Below the pieces are notes generated by a model, which had not been told where the DNA came from, made no database searches, and worked only from the letters and a program-made list of their open reading frames with translations. 64,000 nucleotides of DNA, from the NCBI GenBank assembly GCA_963744995.1, contig CAVUWA010000002.1, positions 640,001-704,000 on the forward strand. Reading direction: 5' to 3'. Of this stretch, positions 1 through 11,716 are shown piece by piece. How positions within the stretch are numbered: position 1 is the first letter of the stretch; each line of letters starts with the position of its first letter. A program made the translations under genes and the position numbers. This DNA is from Candidatus Eiseniibacteriota bacterium. GTDB taxonomy: Bacteria > Eisenbacteria > RBG-16-71-46.

Positions 1-1686
1 GCACTCATTGCAGCCCTTGCGACCTGGATCGTGAGGGTTCCTGCGCCGGGGCGCACGGGGCCCGTCCGGGCGGTCGCTGACATCGCCCCCGGCATCACGC
101 CGACCGCCTATGGCTGCGATGTGACGATCTCCCCCGACGGGCATGCGGTCGCCTTCGTGGCCGTGAAGCAGAGGGCCAGCATTCGGTCGCTGTGGATCCG
201 TCCGCTCGACGGAGCCGAAGCACGTCAGATCGACCTTCCGGGCGAGGCCTCGTGGCCGTTCTGGTCGCCCGACGGCCGCTTCATGGGCTACTTCGATCAG
301 TCGACCGGCAAGCTGATGAAGGTCCCGGTGGACGGCGGCAGGGCGGCTGAGGTCTGCGACGCCCCGAATGGTCGCGGCGGCACGTGGAACGCCGGCGACG
401 TCATCGTATTCGCTCCGGCTCCGGCCGGCCCGCTGATGCGGGTGCGCGCGTCCGGCGGAACGCCGCAACCCGTGACCCGTATCGACTCGACTCGCAGCGA
501 GACGGCCCATCGGTTCCCGTGCTTCCTGCCGGACGGGAGGCACTTCACCTACGCGGCACTGCCGAGGGGCCGTGACGGTGCGTTCGAGATCTACATCGGC
601 TCGCTCGATGGGGGTAACCCCGTTCATCTGATGCGAGCCGAGTCGGCCCCGGTGTTCGCCGCGCCGGGGTATCTGCTGTTCCGGCGCGGCGCCCAGGTCA
701 TGGCCCAGCGCTTCGATAGCGGCCGTCGCGCGCTCGAGGGCGAGCCCGTTGCGATCGGTGACGCTCCGGAACTGTCGGACCTGGACGCCGACCCGGTCGT
801 CTCCGCCTCGCGGAACGGGCGTCTCGCCCTGCTTGCGACCGGCGCACCGGACAACCGGCTGGAGGAGCTGGACCGCAGCGGCGTCACGATGAAGACCTTC
901 GACCTGCCCCGGGCCGCGTGGTCGGTGCTCTCCGTGACGCGGGATGAACGTCGGGCACTTCTCGGGAATGGCGATGGACTGTGGTTCTTCGACCTCGAGC
1001 GCTCCGTGCCCACGCAATTCAGGTCGACCGGTTCGACGCCCTCCGGGGTCATCTCGCCGGACGGCCGGCAGGTGGCCTTCGTCAACAGGAAGAACGGGCG
1101 AGAGGGCATCGCCGTCGCCGATCTGGCCGGCACGATCCAGTACGAGATCTATCCGAACGACCTCTTCAAGTCGGTCTATGACTGGTCGCCAGACGGCGCC
1201 TATGTGGTGTACGGGCAGCTCGATCCGCAGACGGGCTATGACATCCTGTTGCTGCCGACGGCCGGTGACCATACGCCGGTCCGGCTGATCAACGGCCCGA
1301 ACTGGGAAATGAGCGCGAAGGTGTCGCCCGACGGTCACTGGATCGCATATTCCATGAAGGAACCTTCGAGCCTCCAGATCTACGTCACTTCATTTCCCCG
1401 TCCCGGGCTCAAGGTGCGGGTCACGCGGGACGGCGGCGCCCTCCCGAGGTGGGGGCGCGGCGGGCGCGAGCTGTACTACCTGGCCTCGAGGGCATTGCAT
1501 GCGGTTCCCATGCGCCCCGGCGAGGAGCCGCGGCCGGGGAACCCGACCCGTCTGTTCGCGCTGGACGCCCTCCCCTCCGGCGGTGCCGTCATGCAGGACG
1601 GCGACCGTTTCCTGGTGGCCGTCGATCGGCGGCCCGGGCGCCGGGTCCGGCTGGTGCTGAACTGGACGGCGCTGGTGGAGCGGTAG
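1..1686 (+). CDS. C-terminal part (TM helix + TolB/PD40 beta-propellers) of a membrane protein, probably a Ser/Thr kinase-PD40 protein; 5'-truncated by window edge
   Basis: Frame open from base 1 (ALIAALATWIV, hydrophobic) followed by repeated SPDG/WSPDG PD40 motifs and terminal 'LVLNW'; N-terminal kinase domain is inferred, not seen. Confidence 0.8.
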   Translation, partial: ALIAALATWIVRVPAPGRTGPVRAVADIAPGITPTAYGCDVTISPDGHAVAFVAVKQRASIRSLWIRPLDGAEARQIDLPGEASWPFWSPDGRFMGYFDQSTGKLMKVPVDGGRAAEVCDAPNGRGGTWNAGDVIVFAPAPAGPLMRVRASGGTPQPVTRIDSTRSETAHRFPCFLPDGRHFTYAALPRGRDGAFEIYIGSLDGGNPVHLMRAESAPVFAAPGYLLFRRGAQVMAQRFDSGRRALEGEPVAIGDAPELSDLDADPVVSASRNGRLALLATGAPDNRLEELDRSGVTMKTFDLPRAAWSVLSVTRDERRALLGNGDGLWFFDLERSVPTQFRSTGSTPSGVISPDGRQVAFVNRKNGREGIAVADLAGTIQYEIYPNDLFKSVYDWSPDGAYVVYGQLDPQTGYDILLLPTAGDHTPVRLINGPNWEMSAKVSPDGHWIAYSMKEPSSLQIYVTSFPRPGLKVRVTRDGGALPRWGRGGRELYYLASRALHAVPMRPGEEPRPGNPTRLFALDALPSGGAVMQDGDRFLVAVDRRPGRRVRLVLNWTALVER

Positions 1687-1837
1687 AGACGCGCGCGCCC
1701 GGGGCCGAAGCGGCGAGTCGGCCCGCGGGCCGGCCCGCTTCTTCTCGACCGCTCGCCGCGCGCACGCGGTCGCACCCGGCAGAGGCCCGACCCGAGACCC
1801 GCGTCCGGGCGGCGCGACAGCGCGACGGCGACGCCTC

Positions 1838-3544
1838 CTACGCGCCGCGGGGGGCGGCGATCTCCCGCGCCCGCTGGACCGCCGCCTCGAAATCTCCGGC
1901 CAGATTCTCGCTTCCAATCCGCTCGATGAGCCCCGCACGCTCGAGCACGCTCATCGGCTGCGCGTGCACGCCGGACAGCACGACGGTGGTGCCGTCGCGC
2001 CGCGTCTTGTCGAGCAGGTCCTCGAGCGCGCGCAGCCCCGTTGCGTCCATCGCCAGCACCTCGCGCAGACGCAGGATCAGCACGGCGGGCGGCTTCTCGA
2101 CTCGATGCATGGCGTCCTTGAACTTGCTGGCCGCGCCGAAGAACAGCGTGCCGTAGACTTCGAACACCTCGACCCCATGGGGGAGCAGTGGCTCGCCCTC
2201 GTGGGAGATCTCCACTTCGCTCTCGCCGATCATCTTCTTCAGGTAACCCGCCTGGCTGAGATCCGACATGCGTTTCATGAACAGGAACGCGGCGAGCACC
2301 ATGCCGGCCTCGAGCGCGACGGTGAGATCGATCAGCACGGTGAGCAGGAACGTGGTGAGCAGCACCAGCACGTCGCTCCTGGGGCTCCTGAACAGGCGCA
2401 CGAACACGCGCCACTCGCTCATGTGGTAGGCGACCATCAGCAGGATCGCGGCGAGCGCCGCGAGCGGGATCATGCCGGCGGCAGGCCCGAGCAGGAGCAG
2501 GATCGCCAGCACCGTGAGCGCGTGCACGATGCCGGCGACCGGAGTGCGGCCGCCGCTTTTCACGTTGAGCGCCGTGCGCGCGATCGCGCCGGTCGCCGGG
2601 ATGCCCCCGAACAGCGGCGCGGCAACGTTCGCCACGCCCTGCGCGACCAGCTCCATGTTCGAGCGGTGGCGACCACCCGTCATGCCGTCCGAAACCACCG
2701 CGGCCAGCAGCGACTCGATGCCCGCGAGCAGGGCGATCGCGAACGCCGATGGGAACAGTTCGCGGATCGTGCGCCACGGCAGGTGGGGCAGGGCCGGCGC
2801 CGGCAGCGCGTGCGCCACGTCGCCGAAGCGGTCCTGGATCGTTTCGACCGGCAGGTGGAAGAGGCGCGCCAGGACGGTGATCGCCACCAGCGCGAGCAGC
2901 GGCGCCGGGACGCGCGGTGTCACGCGCGGCCAGGCGATCAGGATTGCCAGCGTCGCGAGTCCCACGGCGAAAGCCCACGGGTTCCACGACGCGGCGCTCG
3001 CCGCGTACGCGCCGAACTTCTCGATGAAGTCGGCCGGCACGTGCGGCAGGTCGAGACCGAACAGGTCGCGGAGTTGCGCGGCGGCGATGATCAGCGCGAT
3101 GCCGCTCGTGAAGCCGACCGTGACGGGGTAGGGCACGAACTTGATGACGCTGCCGAGCCGCGCGAGGCCCATCACGATCAGCATGGCCCCGGCCATCATC
3201 GTGGCGACCGCGAGCCCCGGGTAGCCGAACTTCTGCACGATGCCGTAGACGATCACGATGAATGCGCCGGTCGGCCCGCCGACCAGCACGCGGCTGCCAC
3301 CGAGCAGCGAGATCAGGAAGCCCGCGACGATCGCGGTGTAGAGGCCCTGCTCGGGGCGCACGCCGGAGGCGATCGCCAGCGCGATCGACAGCGGCAGCGC
3401 GACGATGCCGACCTGGAGCCCCGCGAGCACGTCGCGCCAGAGCTGGGGCGCGGAGTAGCCCTCGCGCAGCATCGTGACGAGTTTGGGCTCGAAACGCGCG
3501 TGCGGGTCCGGCGCGGCGGGTGCGGGGATGCGTGGAGGCGTCAT
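1838..3544 (-). CDS. SulP family anion permease with C-terminal STAS domain
   Basis: DVLAGLQVGIVALPLSIALAIASG, GLYTAIVAG, GGPTGAF motifs; STAS 'MDATGLRAL'; ATG at 3544. Confidence 0.95.
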   Translation of the reverse strand: MTPPRIPAPAAPDPHARFEPKLVTMLREGYSAPQLWRDVLAGLQVGIVALPLSIALAIASGVRPEQGLYTAIVAGFLISLLGGSRVLVGGPTGAFIVIVYGIVQKFGYPGLAVATMMAGAMLIVMGLARLGSVIKFVPYPVTVGFTSGIALIIAAAQLRDLFGLDLPHVPADFIEKFGAYAASAASWNPWAFAVGLATLAILIAWPRVTPRVPAPLLALVAITVLARLFHLPVETIQDRFGDVAHALPAPALPHLPWRTIRELFPSAFAIALLAGIESLLAAVVSDGMTGGRHRSNMELVAQGVANVAAPLFGGIPATGAIARTALNVKSGGRTPVAGIVHALTVLAILLLLGPAAGMIPLAALAAILLMVAYHMSEWRVFVRLFRSPRSDVLVLLTTFLLTVLIDLTVALEAGMVLAAFLFMKRMSDLSQAGYLKKMIGESEVEISHEGEPLLPHGVEVFEVYGTLFFGAASKFKDAMHRVEKPPAVLILRLREVLAMDATGLRALEDLLDKTRRDGTTVVLSGVHAQPMSVLERAGLIERIGSENLAGDFEAAVQRAREIAAPRGA

Positions 3545-3561
3545 GGGACGCGGTGCGGCGG

Positions 3562-4377
3562 TCAGCCGATCGCGCGCCTCTCGAAGGTCTTCATGCCGAT
3601 CGCCAGGAACAGCCCCGACACGATCACCAGCGCGAGCAGCACGAACGGCACCGACATGTGCGGGAGCCCCGGCGTGAGCGAAGCACGCAGGCCCTCGGCC
3701 ACGTACACCAGCGGGTTCACCAGCACCGCGTACTTCATGACCGGCACGACGTCGAGCCCCTTCCACGGGTAGTACGTGCAGCCGAAGAAGATCATCGGTG
3801 CGACGATGAAGCCGAACATGAGCCCGATGTGCTCCGCGTCGATCGCGGTGCCGAGCAGCAGGCCGAACGTCGAGAACGACAGCGAGCCGAGCAGGGCGAT
3901 CAGCATGACGATGCCGAAGTGGGCGATCGACAGCGACTGGATCGGCCCCATGATCAGCCGCGCCACGGGCAGCACGAACAGCGCGGCGATCACGCCCTGG
4001 ATCGTGCCGGCGACCACCTTCTCGATCGCCACCATGTGGATGTCGACCGGGGCGAGCAGGCGGTCCTCGATCTCGCGCGTCCAACCGAAGTCGGTGACCA
4101 TCGGCAGCGCGACCGCCTGCAACGCGGCGAACGCCATGCTGATCCCGAGCACACCGGGCAGCAGCGCCGCAGTGTAGCCGTGCTGCACGAAGCCCATCTT
4201 CGGCAGCAGGTAACCGAACACGATCGTGAGCATGATCGGCTGCAGCGAGGTGCGCAGAAGGAACACGTGCATCTCACGGCGCACCACCGTGACGTCACGC
4301 ATGAACAGCGCCATGAACACACGCCAGGCGGAGACCGGCGCGGGATAGAGGGAAGTGGTGGCGGCGGTGCGCGTCAT
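3562..4377 (-). CDS. ABC-2 type transporter permease
   Basis: About 6 TM segments, 'EIEDRLLAP', 'NPLVYVAEGLR'; ATGA overlap with the upstream ATPase stop. Confidence 0.9.
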   Translation of the reverse strand: MTRTAATTSLYPAPVSAWRVFMALFMRDVTVVRREMHVFLLRTSLQPIMLTIVFGYLLPKMGFVQHGYTAALLPGVLGISMAFAALQAVALPMVTDFGWTREIEDRLLAPVDIHMVAIEKVVAGTIQGVIAALFVLPVARLIMGPIQSLSIAHFGIVMLIALLGSLSFSTFGLLLGTAIDAEHIGLMFGFIVAPMIFFGCTYYPWKGLDVVPVMKYAVLVNPLVYVAEGLRASLTPGLPHMSVPFVLLALVIVSGLFLAIGMKTFERRAIG

Positions 4378-5471
4378 TCGAGCGTCCTTCCGGTCATCGA
4401 GATGAACAGGGTTTCGAGACTGGGCGGCGCGAGATGGATGTTCTGCACGACGCGGCCCCCGGTCTCGGCGGCGCGGGTGAGCATGGCGATCATCTCGCCC
4501 GGACGCTCGACCCACACGCGCAGGCGCGACGCCTCGACCTCGAGCCGCACCACCCCGGGCGCCTCGCGCACGGCGTCCGCGACCGGCGCCGGATCGCCGT
4601 CGAGCGTGAGCTCGACCAGGGTGCCGCCCGGCGCGCGCGCCTTGAGTCCGACCGGCGTGTCGACCGCCAGCAGGCGGCCGTTGTCGACGATCGCGAGCCG
4701 CTCGCAGAGCTGGTCGGCCTCTTCCATGTAGTGGGTGGTCAGCACGATCGTGCGGCCGTTCGCGTGCATCTCCCGCAGGATGTCCCAGAGCGCGAGCCGC
4801 GCCTGCGGATCGAGCCCCACCGTGGGCTCGTCGAGGAACAGGATGCGCGGCTCGTGGATCAGTGCGCGCGCGATCATGAGCCGCTGCTGCTGGCCGCCCG
4901 ACATGTGGCCCACCTTGGCCTCGCTGTGGTCGGCGAGGCCGAAGCGCTCGAGCAGCCGCCGGGCGCGCGCATCGGCTTCGCCGCGCGCGATGCCGAAATA
5001 GGTGGCGTGGAAGACCAGATTCTCGCGCGCGTTGAGGCTGCGATCGGGGTTCGGGTTCTGCGGCACGACGCCGATGCGCTGCTTGAGCGTCGTGGCCTCG
5101 CGCAGCACGTGCGCGCCGGCGACCCACGCGTCACCGGCCGTCGGCCGGACGCGCGTGGTCAGGATCCCGATCGTCGTCGTCTTGCCGGCGCCGTTCGGGC
5201 CGAGGAGGCCGAAGATCTCGCCTTCGCCGATCTCGAGATCGAGGCTCTCGAGCGCGACGATCTCCTTGAGCGGCGCCGCCGGGTCGCCGTTAGGCACGGG
5301 GCCCGCGCCGGGCGCCCCGGGCGCGGGAGCCCGGCCGCGGCCGCCCGACGGCCGGCGTTTGGGCGCCGGGTACACCTTGCGCAGCTTCGCCGTGCGGATG
5401 ATCGCGGCGTCCGTCGCGGACGCGGGTCCAGGCGCGGTGTGAGGCTCGGCGGCGGTGGCGGGGCCGGGCAT
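4374..5471 (-). CDS. ABC transporter ATP-binding protein (DrrA-like)
   Basis: Walker A GPNGAGKTT, signature MSGGQQQ, Walker B LFLDEPT. Confidence 0.93.
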   Translation of the reverse strand: MPGPATAAEPHTAPGPASATDAAIIRTAKLRKVYPAPKRRPSGGRGRAPAPGAPGAGPVPNGDPAAPLKEIVALESLDLEIGEGEIFGLLGPNGAGKTTTIGILTTRVRPTAGDAWVAGAHVLREATTLKQRIGVVPQNPNPDRSLNARENLVFHATYFGIARGEADARARRLLERFGLADHSEAKVGHMSGGQQQRLMIARALIHEPRILFLDEPTVGLDPQARLALWDILREMHANGRTIVLTTHYMEEADQLCERLAIVDNGRLLAVDTPVGLKARAPGGTLVELTLDGDPAPVADAVREAPGVVRLEVEASRLRVWVERPGEMIAMLTRAAETGGRVVQNIHLAPPSLETLFISMTGRTLE

Positions 5472-5474
5472 CGC

Positions 5475-7154
<1,680 letters not shown>

Positions 7155-7319
7155 GGACTCCCGGGACTCCGTGGGGGGCGTGGCGGGGCAGGGGCGCCGC
7201 CGCGCTCTTCTGAGTTGTGATGGGTTCGGGGACAAGATGACGAGTCCGGGCGCGCCGTGCAAATGACCGGGGCGCCGCGCGGCCGCGGCGCCCCGGAGGC
7301 CACGTCTTTCGGCCCGCGA

Positions 7320-9651
7320 CTACCGCCGCGGCGCCGCGTTCACCAGCTGCTCCGCGGCCGCGTTCTTCGGGAGCCCCCACACGTTCTGCAGCACGAAGTC
7401 CACCAGCGCCTGGTCGTCGGCGCGGGTGAAGCTCCAGATGTCGAAGCCGGTGAACATGAAGGGCGGGTTGTCGTGGCCGTGGTAGTAGGTCATCGCAATC
7501 CGCCGGAGCGTCGTGGGTGGCAGTTCGAAGGTGACCATGTTGTAGAGCGAGTCGAGGGTCGACTCGCCGCCTTCGAAGACGTAGTTCGGCCGACTCAGGA
7601 ACTCCGCGCTCACCCTGCTGTTGTAGAACACGCTTCCGGACTGCCCGGAGCGCCCCGGCGGGAACGGATCGCGCGCGCTCGACTTGAGTCGCATCTGAAT
7701 CGGCAGCCGGCCGTAGTCCGGCACCCCGGGCCAGCTGGGATCGCGGCCGACGAAGCGCTGGATGAACATCTGCGCGGTCACGACTTTGATCTCCGACCGC
7801 CAGTGCGCGAAGTCGTACATGAAGCGCCCGGGGGCCAGCTCGCCTTCGGGGTTGCTCCACGTGATCCCGCCGCCGTCATTGGCCGTGCGGTTCCAGGGGA
7901 TGGTCGTCGCGAACGCGCCACCGCCGCCGAGCAGCCACGCCTGGCCCCCGCCGCGGATGTAGGCCGCGAGCGAGTTGTAGCGGCCCGGGCCGCTCATGTA
8001 ACGCAGCGCGGTCATCGGCTGAACCGGAGCGTTCGCAGAATTGTTGTATGTCGCGCTGCGCGCGTCCACGATCCAGATCACGTGGCGGTAGTGGCCGAGC
8101 GTCGCGAGCGGGACCGTCGGATCCGGCGCGCCCGTGCGGGTCCCGAGCGTGTCGAAACGGTAGCCCGCGAACAACCCGGGCGAGCTCATGGTTCCGGCCG
8201 GATAGCAGCGCCAGGGAACGCCGCCCCGGGCGAACAGGAACGTGTCGAGTTCCGCCGCCGTCGGCCATGACCCGATCGGCGGCCTGACGCACGAGGATCC
8301 GGTGGCGAGCTCGTCCGGAACGAGGCGCGTGTCGTCGACGATCAGGAGATCCGCATCGTAGTGGCGTTCGACGGAGTGGATCCGCGCCGTCAGTCGCGAG
8401 CGGAAGCCCAGCTCGTCCCGCGCCTCCACTACGAACGTGTGCGTCTCGCCGCCGGCGAACGGGCCGATGGTGGCCTCCTCGAGATCCGGGCTCCACGGCC
8501 GCCAGTGCTGGAGATCGTTGCCGGCGCGCGGACGCTTGAGTTCCTTGTCGAGGTCCTGCGGGTCGAGCGCCCAGCGGTACTCGATCGAGGTCGTGCCCGG
8601 CAGCGGGTCCGCATACCAGCGCAGCCGGATCGGTGTTCCGGCCGGATACTCGATGTCGATGACCGGACCGGGCAGTCCGCCACCGGCGGCCGCGTAGGAG
8701 ATGACGTCGGAGTTCAGGTGGAGCCGCGGGCCGGACACTTCCGCGACGATGGGCCGCATGCGCAGCATGTTGCTGTTGAGACTGAACACGGGCGAGTACG
8801 CGCCCTCCGCATCGAACGCTACGACCACGAACAGGTAATCGTCCCCCGGGACCAGATCGGTCAGCGTGACCTGGCCGCCCACCCCCGGGGTGTTCGCGAC
8901 GGACGTCCAGCTCTCGAAGTCGGGGGCGTAGTAGCGGCGCAGCGAGTCGGGATTCGCGACCGCGACGAGAATCGGGAAATCCGAGGTGTCGCCCAGCAGG
9001 ATGTATTTGTAGGAGACCGGTTCTCCGGTCGGGCCGTCCGGGTCGGTTCCCTTGAAGTGGATCGTCACCGTGGTCGGCACGGAGACCGCGAGCAGCGCCG
9101 ACGGGACCGGGCTCGTGATCACCACCGACGGCGCGACGTCGTCCTCGAAGAACGCGCGGAGCGCGGGCGATGAAGCCGCACCGCGATCGTCCACGGCTTC
9201 GACGGCGATCAGGTCGAAGTCGCGGCCGTCGCCGCCGGCAGCGAGATCCGCGGTGCGGCTGCGGCCGGCGGCGCCGATCGACGCGCGGCGCTTCGCGAGA
9301 ACGGTTCGGCTGCGGTGGGTCGGTCGAGATCCAGGCCGGATCGTCACTCGCGAGCGTCTTCGGGTTGACCGCGACGCGGTAGTGGTCCACGTGACCGTCG
9401 GGGTCGCTGCCCGTCCAGCCGACGAGATGAAGCGCGCCCGCGGGGCCCTTCGCGGGCGCGGTCACGGGATCGAGCTTGATCTCCGGCCCCATGTTGTCGA
9501 GCGCGTTCAGGCGCGGACGGTCGGAGCATCCGGCGGCGGCGAGCATCGCCAGCGACAGGGCGAAGGCGCTGCGCAGGGAAACGAATCGGCGGCGGGGCGC
9601 CGGGATACTCACGGCGGCCCATGGGAACGGGAATGGGGGCTGGATCGGCAT
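7320..9651 (-). pseudogene. Large secreted lipoprotein with Ig/Fn3-like repeats, split by an apparent +1 frameshift near 9321 (pseudogene or sequence error)
   Basis: AGGAG RBS + ATG 9651 + lipobox LAAAGC in one frame; body (repeated 'G(S/T)DPDG' modules, DDTRL..WPTAAELDTFL) in another frame; removing one base gives W-I-S-T-T-H-R-S-R-T-V. Confidence 0.75.
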
Positions 9652-9814
9652 GCGGTTCTCCTGATCTCTACTGAGTAGAGCCCGGTCAGGAGGCCGGCGC
9701 GTGGCCGGCGGCGGTTCCCGGTCCGATCGGGACGGCGCGCCCGAACGCCGTCGCATGACGAGTCTGGGTCGTTTCGCGCGTGGGGACAAGCGGAAATTAC
9801 GCCCGCAAAGCGAA

Positions 9815-9847
9815 GGGCGGCGCCCCATGAGCCGGATGGCGCCGCCC
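9815..9847 (-). terminator. Hairpin, likely terminator of the 9868-10176 gene
   Basis: GGGCGGCGCC-N13-GGCGCCGCCC inverted repeat followed by TTCGCTTTG on the minus strand. Confidence 0.55.
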
Positions 9848-9867
9848 CTGAAATCGATTGCGGAAAG

Positions 9868-10176
9868 TCAGACGACCGAGGCCGAGGAGCGGTCCCTGCG
9901 GCGGAACAGCGCCCACACCAGCAGCGCGACCAGCAGCAGCGGCAGCGCGGGCACGGCGAACGCGAGCAGGCCGAATCCGAACAGCACCACGCCGGCCAGG
10001 CCGAACAGCAGCAGGAACGGCAGCGCGAGCAGCGCGCCGAGCGCCTTGAAGCTGAACGCCAGCAGCTTGAACGGCAGCAGCACGACCCACCACAGCAGCG
10101 AGAACACCGCCGCCAGCAGGCCGAAGACCGACAGAAGAACGAGCCCGACGAGCCCGACCGCGAACAGCTCGATCAT
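9868..10176 (-). CDS. Small very hydrophobic membrane protein (envelope-stress type)
   Basis: GGAGG RBS, ATG 10176; 102 aa, almost all L/F/V/A/G, with basic C-terminal tail. Confidence 0.8.
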   Translation of the reverse strand: MIELFAVGLVGLVLLSVFGLLAAVFSLLWWVVLLPFKLLAFSFKALGALLALPFLLLFGLAGVVLFGFGLLAFAVPALPLLLVALLVWALFRRRDRSSASVV

Positions 10177-10282
10177 TGCCACTTCCTCCCGCAGGGCCGC
10201 ACGCGGCAGCGTTGCCGGCAAGTCCCGCCGTACCCCGGCGGGTCCACGCGCCCGGCGCGCGGCGTCCTGCCCACATGGAGGC

Positions 10283-10309
10283 TTACGCGGTGGACGGCGA
10301 AGGTGTTGC
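10283..10309 (-). promoter_or_regulatory. Putative ECF-sigma promoter (GCAAC-N17-CGTAA)
   Basis: AAC...CGT ECF consensus about 105 nt upstream of the small membrane protein gene. Confidence 0.45.
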
Positions 10310-10573
10310 GGCAGCGGCAGCAGCAATTCTACGGTCGAAACGACACGGCGTGTAGAAATTACATGGTCCGACAGGGCCTGCCGCGCGTCCGCCGCGCCGG
10401 CACTGCAGCGCGAACCGTATGTCCGTCAGTCGGTTAGAGCGAACTCCGGCACCTTCTCCGGCGCGGCATGTCTCTTGATCAGTATGAAGTCCCGGAGCGC
10501 GGTTCGGGGCCGCACGACTCGCGGCGCCGGGCCCATGCGATGGATGGAGTTTTCCAACGAGGGAGGCATTCGC

Positions 10574-11215
10574 ATGACGATCAAAAGCAGCGCCTCACGC
10601 GCGCTGGCGGGGGGCATGGCGCTCGTCGCGACGCTCGCGTTCGCCTCCGGATGCGCCACGAAAGGATTCGTGCAGTCCGAGGTGGCCCAGTCGAAGGCGT
10701 ACACCGACTCGCAGCTCGACCAGCAGATGAGCCAGGTGAAGGGCGACATCGGCAAGGCGCAGTCGCGGGCCGACGCGGCTTTCGACAAGGCGACACTGGC
10801 CGAGCGGCTGGCGAACGGGTCGATCGAATACACCGAGGTGTCCACCCATACGGTCCAGTTCGCGTTCGACGACTACCAGCTGTCCGGCGAGGCCCAGAGC
10901 GTGCTCGACGACCTCGGCTCGAAGCTCGGCTCGCATCCGAGCTACGTGCTCGAGATCCGCGGTTACGCGGATGCGACCGGATCCAACCGCTACAACCTCC
11001 GCCTCGGCCACGAGCGCGCCGAGTCGGTCGAACGCTACATGCTCTCGCACTACAGCGTGCCCATGGCGCGCGTGGCGATCGTGTCCTTCGGCGAGGAGGA
11101 CCCGGTCGCGAACAACGATTCCATGAGTGGACGCGAACAGAACCGACGCGTACAGGTGCGACTGCTCGACCTGCAACGCGAGCAGGCCGAACCCGTCGCC
11201 AACCGGAATCCGTGA
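10574..11215 (+). CDS. OmpA-family peptidoglycan-binding lipoprotein
   Basis: GGGAGG RBS; lipobox FASGC; OmpA_C motifs 'GYADATG..YNLRLG..RA', 'NRRV'. Confidence 0.93.
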   Translation: MTIKSSASRALAGGMALVATLAFASGCATKGFVQSEVAQSKAYTDSQLDQQMSQVKGDIGKAQSRADAAFDKATLAERLANGSIEYTEVSTHTVQFAFDDYQLSGEAQSVLDDLGSKLGSHPSYVLEIRGYADATGSNRYNLRLGHERAESVERYMLSHYSVPMARVAIVSFGEEDPVANNDSMSGREQNRRVQVRLLDLQREQAEPVANRNP

Positions 11216-11280
11216 CCGTGTCCTGATCGGACATGCGCGGTGCGGCCCCGCACATCCCCCCGGTCGTTCGCGGTTCACGC

Positions 11281-11317
11281 GGCCCCCGTCTCTTCGGAGG
11301 CGGGGGCCAATTTTCTT
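11281..11317 (+). terminator. Rho-independent terminator
   Basis: GGCCCCCGTCTC-TTCG-GAGGCGGGGGCC stem-loop followed by AATTTTCTT. Confidence 0.8.
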
Positions 11318-11472
11318 GCCGCCGGTGCGGGCCGGCGGGCGGCGGCGCGCCGCGGCGCAGCCGGCGACGGCGTGTCTGCCCGCCACGCTCGAACCCGGGA
11401 CATGCGGCGCGGGGGTCGGGCTGTTACATTCCGGTTTCCCACTCACCGTCGAAGGCCCCCGGAGGTTCATCC

Positions 11473-11712
11473 ATGCCGACCCGGATCACCGTCAACAACA
11501 ACGGCTCGCTGCGCATCGAAGGGGACGACTTCGAGATCGTCGACTCGGAAGGCAGAGCGTTCGGCCTCGGCGGGCGCACGCGCGTGACGCTGTGTCGCTG
11601 CGGCCATTCCGAGAACAAGCCGTTCTGCGACTCGGCGCACAGGCGCTGCGGTTTCGAATCCGTGGTCGTGGCCCGCGACCTGCCGCCACCGGCGCCGAAG
11701 CCCGCCCCCTGA
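11473..11712 (+). CDS. CDGSH-type iron-sulfur domain protein
   Basis: GGAGG RBS; LCRCGHSENKPFCDSAH = C-x-C-x2-S-x3-P-x-C-D-x-x-H. Confidence 0.92.
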   Translation: MPTRITVNNNGSLRIEGDDFEIVDSEGRAFGLGGRTRVTLCRCGHSENKPFCDSAHRRCGFESVVVARDLPPPAPKPAP

Positions 11713-11716
11713 CCCC

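Noticed and set aside
9701..10573. Long N-terminal extension of the OmpA ORF (504-aa call)
   Set aside because: Ser-rich antisense reading of the small membrane gene; true start at 10574 has an RBS and lipobox
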